Assembly (NCBI GenBank): GCA_029557835.1
Contig: JAKQHW010000011.1
Coordinates: 1 to 51,414, forward strand
Length of the DNA: 51,414 nt
Direction of reading: 5' to 3'
DNA from: Candidatus Micrarchaeota archaeon
Lineage (GTDB): Archaea; Micrarchaeota; Micrarchaeia; Anstonellales; Bilamarchaeaceae
Every line of letters begins with the position of its first letter. The first letter of the stretch is position 1. Made by a program: the position numbers and the translations under genes. The notes beneath the pieces were generated by a model that made no database searches, had not been told where the DNA came from, and saw only the letters and a program-made list of their open reading frames with translations. Positions 32,163 through 39,059 of the stretch are shown here, one piece after another.

Positions 32163-32711
32163 TCAGGGGCGCAGTATAGCCGCCGCGATGACTGATGTCC
32201 ACTTCCCGTTCTTGTCCACCACGGCGGTCTGGGTGGTGTTGAAGGTCTTGACTATCTTGCCGCTCATCTTGAAGTGCTCCTCCTTCTCGTTCCATGCTGC
32301 GTCCACGTCGAACTCGATGCCCATGGTCGAGGCCAGCATCGAGGCGGCCAGGTCCTCGGAGTAGTCGCCGCACTTCTCCTGGTTCAGCCCGTAGGAATGG
32401 TGCTCGCTCAGGTAGCCGTGTATGGCCGGCTCTGCGGGGAGGGCCGTGCCTATGGAGGCCGAGATGAGCCGGTTCGGCTCGCAGGAGGAGATGCGGGCCA
32501 TGACCGTGAATACTATCTCGCCCGCATGCATGCCGGAGAGCCCCTCCTCGCGACTTATCACCTTGGCCCCGGGGGGCATTATGCTGGAGACGGTGACGAG
32601 GTTGAACTGGGCGATGCCTGCGGAGCGCAGCGCCTCCTCAAAAGAGCCGAGTTTCGTGTTCGAGACCCCGACGCCCTTTGTAAAGAACACCTTTTTAGGA
32701 ACAAAAGTCAT
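32163..32711 (-). CDS. pdaD: pyruvoyl-dependent arginine decarboxylase
   Basis: It starts MTFVPKKVFFTKGVG and has the self-cleavage site FNLVTVSS. Only the C-terminal 182 aa of the 438-aa ORF are used (ATG at 32711). Confidence 0.9.
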   Translation of the reverse strand: MTFVPKKVFFTKGVGVSNTKLGSFEEALRSAGIAQFNLVTVSSIMPPGAKVISREEGLSGMHAGEIVFTVMARISSCEPNRLISASIGTALPAEPAIHGYLSEHHSYGLNQEKCGDYSEDLAASMLASTMGIEFDVDAAWNEKEEHFKMSGKIVKTFNTTQTAVVDKNGKWTSVIAAAILRP

Positions 32712-32771
32712 TTTCCCACATCCGGTTTTTTCTATAAACAGTTTTTTAACCTTTATATGGAAATCCAATGC

Positions 32772-33896
32772 ATGGGAGTGACACCGTGGGAAGTATCCGG
32801 CAACATAGATTATGAGAAGCTCATAAAGGAGTTCGGGACCAGCGGCATAACCCCTGCCCTGCGGGCGAGGGTTGAGAGGAACGCCGGGGAAAGCAACGTG
32901 ATGCTCAGGAGGGGGTATTTCTTCTCCCACAGGGACCTGGACCTCGTGATGGACGATTACGAGAAAGGAAGGGGGTTCTACCTTTATACCGGCAGGGGGC
33001 CGAGCGGCCCGATGCACATCGGCCACCTGATACCCCTCGTTTTCACCAGATGGCTGCAGGAGAGGTTCAAGGTGAACCTTTACATAGAGATAACCGACGA
33101 CGAGAAGTTCCTGTGCAGGCGGGAGGAGGGATGGGAAGATATCGGGAAACACGCGGAGCAGAACATCCGGGACATCGCGGCGGTCGGGTTCGACCCTGAC
33201 CGGACGTTCATATTCAGGGACAGCGAGTACATAGGCAACGTATACCCGATGCTGCTCAAGATAGCCAAGAAGGTGAATTTCTCGACCGTGAAGGCGGTAT
33301 TCGGCTTCACGAATGAGACCAACATAGGGTTCATCTTCTACCCGGCATACCAGATAATGCCCACCCTGTTCGAGAAGAAGAGGTGCCTCATCCCCGCGGC
33401 GATAGACCAGGACCCGTACTGGAGGGTGCAGAGGGACATCGCCGAATCGCTCGGGCACCAGAAGACGGCGGCAATACATTCAAAGTTCCTCTCGCCCCTG
33501 CAGGGGGCGGAGGGGAAGATGAGCTCCAGCGTAAGGGAGAGCGCCATCTGGCTGGATGACGACGAGAAAACGGTGCGGAAAAAGATAATGAAGTACGCGT
33601 TCTCGGGAGGGCGCTCCACCCTGGAGGAGCACAGGAGGCTGGGGGCGGACCTGTCCGTGGACGTGCCGTTCCAGTGGCTGAGCGTGCTGTTCGAGCCGGA
33701 TGATGTGGAGTTAAAAAGAATCGCCGGGGAATATGGAAGCGGCAGGATGCTCACCGGGGAGGTGAAGGAAATCCTTGCGGGGAAGGTGAATGAATTCCTC
33801 GAGGGGCACCGGGCAAGGCGGGAGAAGGCGGACGTAAAGAAATACATGCGCACCGGAAAGCTGGCAAAAGAGATGTGGAACAAACGGTTTGAGTGA
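32772..33896 (+). CDS. trpS: tryptophan--tRNA ligase (archaeal/eukaryotic type)
   Basis: VTPWEVSG..DYEKLIKEFG, the HIGH-like motif TGRGPSGPMHIGH and the KMSKS-like motif KMSSS are present. An alternative ATG is at 32757. Confidence 0.9.
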   Translation: MGVTPWEVSGNIDYEKLIKEFGTSGITPALRARVERNAGESNVMLRRGYFFSHRDLDLVMDDYEKGRGFYLYTGRGPSGPMHIGHLIPLVFTRWLQERFKVNLYIEITDDEKFLCRREEGWEDIGKHAEQNIRDIAAVGFDPDRTFIFRDSEYIGNVYPMLLKIAKKVNFSTVKAVFGFTNETNIGFIFYPAYQIMPTLFEKKRCLIPAAIDQDPYWRVQRDIAESLGHQKTAAIHSKFLSPLQGAEGKMSSSVRESAIWLDDDEKTVRKKIMKYAFSGGRSTLEEHRRLGADLSVDVPFQWLSVLFEPDDVELKRIAGEYGSGRMLTGEVKEILAGKVNEFLEGHRARREKADVKKYMRTGKLAKEMWNKRFE

Positions 33897-33900
33897 TATT

Positions 33901-34803
33901 ATGGAACGCAAAGGATTCGGGGGGGGAAGGCCGGGTGGATTCAGGGGGAGGCCCAGTGGAGGCTTCGGCGGGAGGCCGAGGGGCGGCGGACCTGACCTGG
34001 ATATGGAAAGGCGGCTCAGGTTCCTTAAGAAGGCGAGGGAGAGGACCGCGCAGGCCCTGCGCAGCAGGGACGTCATGCTTGCCCAGATATCACGCTCCAT
34101 AGAGCAGCTGGAGGAGGTGTCCAACCTCCTCGGGGAAAAGCTTGAGGAGATGTATTCGTTGCAGTTCCCGGAGCTAAAGACGAGCGACCGGAGGAGCTAT
34201 GTGGGGGTGGTCCTGAACATGGAGAGGGAAAACCCGGACCCTGCCTCGATATCGAGATTCGTGGGGCAGGGGAGGGCCGAGGCCATCTGCCAGAAGGCAA
34301 GGGAGAGCACCGGCGGCCAGCTGGAGGCAAAGGACATAGAGAAGATAAGGGAGCTTGCGAGGGAAATCGAGAACGTTTACGGGCTGATGGACTCGTACGA
34401 GGCATACCTGGAGGAGATGGCGAAGGAGGTTTGCCCGAACATAGAGCACCTGGTCGGAGGCAAGCTGGCCGGGAAGCTGGTCTCGCTCGCAGGGAGCCTG
34501 AGGAAGCTCTCGCTGATGCCCGCGAGCACCATACAGGTCCTCGGTGCGGAGAAGGCGCTCTTCAAGCACCTCAAGAACAAGAAGGGTGTGGCCCCTCCTA
34601 AGCACGGGGTGCTTTTCCAGTATCCGGCTATTTCGCAGTCAAACAAGAAGGCGAGGGGCAAGATAGCGCGTGCGCTGGCCGCGAAGCTTGCGATTGCGGC
34701 GAAGGCGGATGCGCAGACGAAAAGGTTCATAGCGCCGATGCTGAAGGAGAACCTTGAAGCCCGGATAAGGGAGGTCCTCTCCGAGAAAAGGGCGAGGGCT
34801 TGA
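33901..34803 (+). CDS. nop5: Nop56/58 (Nop5) C/D-box RNP protein lacking the N-terminal domain, with N-terminal RGG/GAR tract
   Basis: The Nop domain is GKLVSLAGSLRKLSLMPASTIQVLGAEKALFKHL..PKHGVLFQYP and the coiled-coil region is LEEMYSLQFPEL. The N-terminus is GFGGGRPGGFRGRPSGGFGGRPRGGG. Confidence 0.85.
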   Translation: MERKGFGGGRPGGFRGRPSGGFGGRPRGGGPDLDMERRLRFLKKARERTAQALRSRDVMLAQISRSIEQLEEVSNLLGEKLEEMYSLQFPELKTSDRRSYVGVVLNMERENPDPASISRFVGQGRAEAICQKARESTGGQLEAKDIEKIRELAREIENVYGLMDSYEAYLEEMAKEVCPNIEHLVGGKLAGKLVSLAGSLRKLSLMPASTIQVLGAEKALFKHLKNKKGVAPPKHGVLFQYPAISQSNKKARGKIARALAAKLAIAAKADAQTKRFIAPMLKENLEARIREVLSEKRARA

Positions 34804-35423
34804 GGATCCTTGCCGTATCCGATTTGCACGGGGAAGAAGAGGCGCTGGAGAGGGTTGCGGCACGGTCTAAAGGATATGATTACGTATTGGTGGCCGGGGA
34901 CATGGCACGGAGGCCGGGGAAAGACGGCTTCGTGACGGACCTGCTCTCGTCCTCTGAAAATATTTTCGTGATTCCGGGGAACGGGGACTCTGATTATTCG
35001 GAAGAGGCGGGCGGGAAATGGCTGCACGGGAGGAGGGTGGAAATAGGTGAGGGGCTGAACCTGGTCGGGTTCGGCTACAGCCCGCCGACCCCTTTCGGGA
35101 CTCCGGGGGAATTCCCGGAGGAAAAGCTGTACGGGTGGATGAAAGGGCTCCCGATAGACGGAAACACCATATTTATTACGCACGCTCCCCCTTATGGGAT
35201 AATGGACGAGGCGCGCGGCGGGCATGCGGGGAGCAGGGCGGTCCTGCGGATAATCGAGGAGAAACGCCCCCTCGTGAACGTTTGCGGGCACATACACGAG
35301 AACGAGGGGGTGCGGATGCATGGCAAGACAACCGTGCTGAAGGTCGGGGCCGCAAACAGGGGAAGGTGCGGGGAGATAGGGGTTGAATCAGGAAATTTAA
35401 AGTGCAGGAACATGGGGCTGTGA
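34800..35423 (+). CDS. metallophosphoesterase (calcineurin-like)
   Basis: ILAVSDLHG, VAGDM, GNGD, THAPP and GHIHE motifs are present. The TTG start overlaps the nop5 stop. Confidence 0.75.
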   Translation: MRILAVSDLHGEEEALERVAARSKGYDYVLVAGDMARRPGKDGFVTDLLSSSENIFVIPGNGDSDYSEEAGGKWLHGRRVEIGEGLNLVGFGYSPPTPFGTPGEFPEEKLYGWMKGLPIDGNTIFITHAPPYGIMDEARGGHAGSRAVLRIIEEKRPLVNVCGHIHENEGVRMHGKTTVLKVGAANRGRCGEIGVESGNLKCRNMGL

Positions 35424-35427
35424 GCGC

Positions 35428-35808
35428 ATGAGGATAAGGAAGGCGGGTTTCTCCGAAGAGCTCGCTTCTCTTGTTAGAAGGCTTTTCCCGGGCTCAGAGC
35501 CGCTTTTCAGGGATAAGGATTCGTATTTCATCGCTGAGGAAGACGGGAGGATTGTCGGGTTCTCCCACCTGATAGAGGCGGAGGGGAGAATGCTCCTGCA
35601 GGGCATAGGGGTGCTCCAGGAATGGAGGGAAAGGGGCATAGGTGGGAGGCTGCTGGACGCCTCAATAAGGTTTGCGGACAGGAAGGGGATGGATGTGTTC
35701 CTTAAGGTCAGGCCGGACAATCCGGCGCTTGGCTTATATTATAAAAAGGGTTTCACACTCAAGAAGATAAAGGACGTCTACGTCCTGGAAAGGAAAAGGA
35801 AGAATTGA
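35428..35808 (+). CDS. GNAT-family N-acetyltransferase
   Basis: It has the acetyl-CoA motif LQEWRERGIGGRLL and a YKKGF tail, in a 126-aa protein. Confidence 0.8.
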   Translation: MRIRKAGFSEELASLVRRLFPGSEPLFRDKDSYFIAEEDGRIVGFSHLIEAEGRMLLQGIGVLQEWRERGIGGRLLDASIRFADRKGMDVFLKVRPDNPALGLYYKKGFTLKKIKDVYVLERKRKN

Positions 35809-35855
35809 ACCAGCTCCCATTTTAATAAGATGGTGGGGGCAAATAATAAACACGC

Positions 35856-35997
35856 GAAATGAGTGCGTGCAAAGAGTTGCACGGTGAAGTGGAAAGGGGG
35901 TATGATTACCCTAAAGAGAGGGGGGATGGTGGAGTTCCGCAGAACTTCGCCAGACATCGCCGCAGCGATGCTGAAGGCGTTCCCCCTTCTTCTTGGA
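35856..35997 (+). other. tRNA-proximal noncoding module, copy B
   Basis: AGTGCGTGCAAAG..GAAGTGGA is shared with copy X. It continues GGGGGTATGATTACCCTAAAGAGA, a G6 run, hairpins GGAGTTC-CGCA-GAACTTC (35931-35948) and CATCGC-CGCA-GCGATG (35955-35970), then CCCCCTTCTTCT. It ends ~4 nt before tRNA-Pro. Confidence 0.5.
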
Positions 35998-36070
35998 GGG
36001 GTCGTGAGCTAACCTGGTATGCTGCCAGCTTTGGGAGCTGGTTGTCAGAGTTCAAATCTCTGCGACCCCA
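35998..36070 (+). tRNA. tRNA-Pro (anticodon UGG)
   Basis: The acceptor is GGGGTCG/CGACCCC, the anticodon arm is CCAGC-TTTGGGA-GCTGG and the T arm is CAGAG-TTCAAAT-CTCTG. Confidence 0.9.
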
Positions 36071-36081
36071 AAAGGAGAGAT

Positions 36082-36154
36082 TGGGCCCACCCGGATTCGA
36101 ACCGGGGATCCCTACCGTGTGAGGGTAGTGTCTTAACCGCTCGACTATGGGCCC
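36082..36154 (-). tRNA. tRNA-Val (anticodon CAC)
   Basis: The reverse complement is GGGCCCATAGTCGAGCGGTTAAGACACTACCCTCACACGGTAGGGATCCCCGGTTCGAATCCGGGTGGGCCCA. It is convergent with tRNA-Pro across an 11-nt gap. Confidence 0.9.
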
Positions 36155-36278
36155 TGGAAGAGAAAATAATAGGGGCGGAAGTCCTTAAAAACAGTTTCCC
36201 CACTGAAATAGTATAACGTTCTGATTATTACCTTCGTTATCCACGGGGGGAGGGTCAGGATGAACCCCTGCAATTAAT

Positions 36279-36325
36279 GGGGGGTTATGAGTACGCTAGA
36301 GAGAAGGGGGTGCTCCCCCTTCCTC
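36279..36325 (+). other. tRNA-proximal noncoding module, minimal copy C (tetraloop hairpin)
   Basis: GGGGGGTTATGAGTACGCTAGAGAG is followed by AAGGGGG-TGCT-CCCCCTT. It ends 6-8 nt before tRNA-Met/Ile2. Confidence 0.4.
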
Positions 36326-36330
36326 TTGCA

Positions 36331-36471
36331 GCCGAGGTAGCTCAGCCTGGCTGGAGCGCCAGACTCATAAGGCGCGGTTCTTATGAGTACTGAGGCGGAC
36401 TTTCCGCCTATGACATACAAAGGCGTATCTGGGAGATCTGGAGGCCGGGGGTTCAAATCCCCCCCTCGGCA
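36331..36471 (+). tRNA. tRNA with anticodon CAU (elongator Met or Ile2) containing a ~66-nt intron (36370-36435)
   Basis: The acceptor is GCCGAGG/CCTCGGC. The anticodon arm is CCAGA-CTCATA[intron]A-TCTGG. The T arm is GGGGG-TTCAAAT-CCCCC. The intron contains CTTATGAG, complementary to the anticodon loop, which is expected for BHB formation. It is not initiator-like (G1, no GGG/CCC anticodon stem). Confidence 0.85.
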
Positions 36472-36480
36472 ATTCTGGTT

Positions 36481-37047
36481 TTATGCAGGATAAAACATGA
36501 AGAACAGTATCGCCGCCGCGGGTATTGTGATGTTGTCGTCCAGCGGGAGCGGCAGTGATTCCGCCATTGCGCAGGCCATGGCGAGCGGGATTGCGGCGGG
36601 CCCGATGAAATAGAACGCTGTGAGCGAGCCGGCCAGGAAGGCGAGGCTGCCCTCGAACGTCTTGTTGCGGTTGTATGGGATGCGCCATCTGCCATTCTGG
36701 CCGATGAGTGTTGAAAGGGAGTCCCCAAAAGCGAGGACGCAGATTGCTGCTGAGAGTGCGTTCAGGTCGCTTATCGCCACCGAAGCCATGAGGATTCCGA
36801 ATGCGTACCATGCCGAGCCGAAGCCTGGGGCGCGCACCCCCCTCCTTTCGAAATTCTCGATGAACCAGCTTACGAACGGCAGGCGGAGCCCGGAAAGGGC
36901 AAGGTGCATGGCCATCAGCCCTGCAAGAATGCCGGCGAAAAGGATGATTTCGAGGGTGTGCCTTCCGAAGTTTTGCAATATGAGGAGGAAGATTATCCCG
37001 ATTGCGATGTGTATCAGTTTCCTACTTCTTTCCTTCAAGCAAAGCAC
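36481..37047 (-). CDS. dolichol kinase / CTP-dependent polyprenol kinase family (CTP_transf_1 superfamily)
   Basis: It is a polytopic membrane protein. SRKLIHIAIG, FGDSLSTLIGQ and KTFEGSLAF are typical of COG0170 (SEC59-like). Confidence 0.6.
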   Translation of the reverse strand: MLCLKERSRKLIHIAIGIIFLLILQNFGRHTLEIILFAGILAGLMAMHLALSGLRLPFVSWFIENFERRGVRAPGFGSAWYAFGILMASVAISDLNALSAAICVLAFGDSLSTLIGQNGRWRIPYNRNKTFEGSLAFLAGSLTAFYFIGPAAIPLAMACAMAESLPLPLDDNITIPAAAILFFMFYPA

Positions 37048-37483
37048 CCCATATTATGTCCGCGAGCTGGTATGCGATTGGGGCGGCCACAAGCGCGGCC
37101 GCGATGTCCTCGAACGTGTGCACGCCCAGGTAAAAGCGCGTATATGCTACGAGTATGGCGAAAACCCAGTAAAGCGGGAAAAACCTGTGCCCTATGAATG
37201 CGAGCATGAGCGTGAATGCTATGGCCGCGTGGCCGCTGGGCATGGAATAATCCAGCGGGCAGTCTATAAGGGACGATGAGCCGATGCAGGGGCGCGGCTG
37301 CATTATCGCGGCCTTCGCGCCGAGGGTTATGAGCCCGGCGATGAGGAGGGCGAGCGCTATCTTCATGCGTTTCCCGTTCCTGGGCTCCGTGGCGAGCACA
37401 AGGAGGATTATTATCGAGAAGAAGGCGTAGGGATTGTCAAGGAACTGTGCGAATGTGACAAATGCCTGCGCCGCCGGGTCCAT
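37022..37483 (-). CDS. PAP2-family (polyprenyl-diphosphate/phosphatidate) phosphatase
   Basis: The PAP2 motifs are KAAIMQPRP, PSGHAA and TRFYLGVHTFEDI. I trimmed the ORF to the ATG at 37483. Confidence 0.75.
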   Translation of the reverse strand: MDPAAQAFVTFAQFLDNPYAFFSIIILLVLATEPRNGKRMKIALALLIAGLITLGAKAAIMQPRPCIGSSSLIDCPLDYSMPSGHAAIAFTLMLAFIGHRFFPLYWVFAILVAYTRFYLGVHTFEDIAAALVAAPIAYQLADIIWGALLEGKK

Positions 37484-37487
37484 ATGC

Positions 37488-39059
37488 TCACCATAGCGGA
37501 ACGCCCGAGAACACATGGAAAAGGGCGATTCCGCATACAGAGAGGAAGGCAAAGTATTTTATGAATGAGGATGGCCTCCCCTCAACGTATGATATGAATG
37601 CTGCGGACAGGAAGGAGTATGCCGCAAGGTATGAGGCCGGGAGGGCGGAAAGGCCGGGCGGCTGTGCCCCTTCGCCGAATCCCGAGGAGAGCGACAATGC
37701 GGAGCCGATTATGAAGGGCAGCAGCAGCGCTCCGGAGATGAGCGTGTACTTCTGCATGGAAAGCAGGTTTTCGCGCTCCCTGCGCATCTCCAGGGAGGAG
37801 AGCAGGTCGTCTGCAAGCATCGAAAGGCAGCGGGAGATGTCGTGGCCGGCGCCCAGCGCGCGTGAGAGCAGGTCCGAGAACCGCTTTAGGAGAAGCGAGC
37901 CGTTCCTCCTCCACAGGTCCTCAAGCACGGACTCCGGCTTGACGTTCGCCCTGGCCTGCTTGAGGGAGATGGCGGCCTCTTCCCTGAGGGGCGGCATGGA
38001 ATACTTCTCCATGGAGGAGAGTATGGGCTCCAGCCCAAGCCCGGGCGGCTGGGATGAGATGGCAAGGGCCACGTCCGGGAGGGCTTCCTCTATCTTTTCC
38101 CTCCTCTTCTCCCTGAGGTACATCGGGTAGGAGAGCGCGGCGGCGCCTGCGGCAAGGAGCAGGAACATCGGGAATCTGGGGATGAATGCTGGCAGGAGCA
38201 TGAATGCTGCAGTGGCCGCAAAGGCCGGGATGAAGACCCTGAGCTGGAACTTGGGAGAAAAGAACGACGGCGGGGACAGGGATGCGGCGAGCGCCAGGAG
38301 GGCGGCGGATGCGGCCGGTATGAGGGCGAGCATTATGAATGGGAGCGCGGAGGGCTCGAGGCCGCCCAGCGGCGAAACGCGCCCGAGGGACGAGAAGATT
38401 ATGAGGAACGCCGGGAATATAACCGCAACTGCCATGAAGAGCAGGGAAAGGATAGACTGGCGGGAGGATGCGCTTTTCATCGCGTGCTTCTGGAGCGAGA
38501 GCAGGTCGTTGGAGACGCGTATCAGGTCCCCTCCGGCCCTCCCTTTCTCATAGGCGGACGAGACGCTGAGCAGCGCCCTGCGTATCGGGATCGAGCGGAG
38601 GCGGCCGGCGAGATGGGCGAGGGAGGACGGGATGGACGCGCCGCGGCGGACTTCCCTTTCCATCGCCCTGAATTCCTGGGAAAGGGGGGACCTCCCTTTC
38701 GAGATTGCGGAGAGGGATTCGGCAAACGGCACGCCCATCTCAAGGAGCATCCCGAGCATGCGGAGGGAGAACGGGAGCTCCGCCTCCATGCGCGAGATGC
38801 GCAGGTTGAAAAGGAAGCGCGGGGCCCTGAGCATGAGCAGGAGGGCGAGCGCTGAAACCAGGAGGGCGGCGGGGGCGAGCATGCCCGGGGGGGACACCAG
38901 GAAAGAGACGGGGATTGCCAGCAAAATTGAGAGGGTTAGGGCGAAGCACGCGTACCTTCCGGGCTCAAGGCCGATGCGGCCTGCGAAGGCGAGCTGGCTG
39001 CTGGAAAGCGGGATGGGCGGGAAGGCGGACACGAAAGCCTCAAGATTTCCCTGAGCCAT
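37488..39059 (-). CDS. type IV pilus/archaellum assembly platform membrane protein (FlaJ/TadC/GspF-like)
   Basis: This 523-aa polytopic membrane protein has two cytoplasmic helical domains. It overlaps the upstream secretion ATPase gene. Confidence 0.65.
   Translation of the reverse strand: MAQGNLEAFVSAFPPIPLSSSQLAFAGRIGLEPGRYACFALTLSILLAIPVSFLVSPPGMLAPAALLVSALALLLMLRAPRFLFNLRISRMEAELPFSLRMLGMLLEMGVPFAESLSAISKGRSPLSQEFRAMEREVRRGASIPSSLAHLAGRLRSIPIRRALLSVSSAYEKGRAGGDLIRVSNDLLSLQKHAMKSASSRQSILSLLFMAVAVIFPAFLIIFSSLGRVSPLGGLEPSALPFIMLALIPAASAALLALAASLSPPSFFSPKFQLRVFIPAFAATAAFMLLPAFIPRFPMFLLLAAGAAALSYPMYLREKRREKIEEALPDVALAISSQPPGLGLEPILSSMEKYSMPPLREEAAISLKQARANVKPESVLEDLWRRNGSLLLKRFSDLLSRALGAGHDISRCLSMLADDLLSSLEMRRERENLLSMQKYTLISGALLLPFIIGSALSLSSGFGEGAQPPGLSALPASYLAAYSFLSAAFISYVEGRPSSFIKYFAFLSVCGIALFHVFSGVPLW

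Noticed and set aside
32712-33479. N-terminal 256 aa of the 438-aa minus ORF that ends as pdaD
   Set aside because: This part is antisense to trpS and has no motifs. PdaD homology begins at MTFVPKK (ATG at 32711), giving the normal ~180-aa proenzyme.
35859-36122. 87-aa ORF (and the 36019..36216 ORF) in the tRNA cluster
   Set aside because: They are entirely made of module B and tRNA-Pro/tRNA-Val sequence. The ORFs across copies A, B and X share no protein-level similarity although the DNA is related. The conservation is therefore at the nucleic-acid level.
36370-36435. Homology between the tRNA-CAU intron and the module A/B inserts (shared TGAGG, GGACTT, GACAT, GCG.AT words in the same order)
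   Set aside because: The matches are only 5-6-mers with variable spacing, which is within chance expectation for GC-rich structured sequence. Only the 10-mer shared with module C's upstream box is reported.
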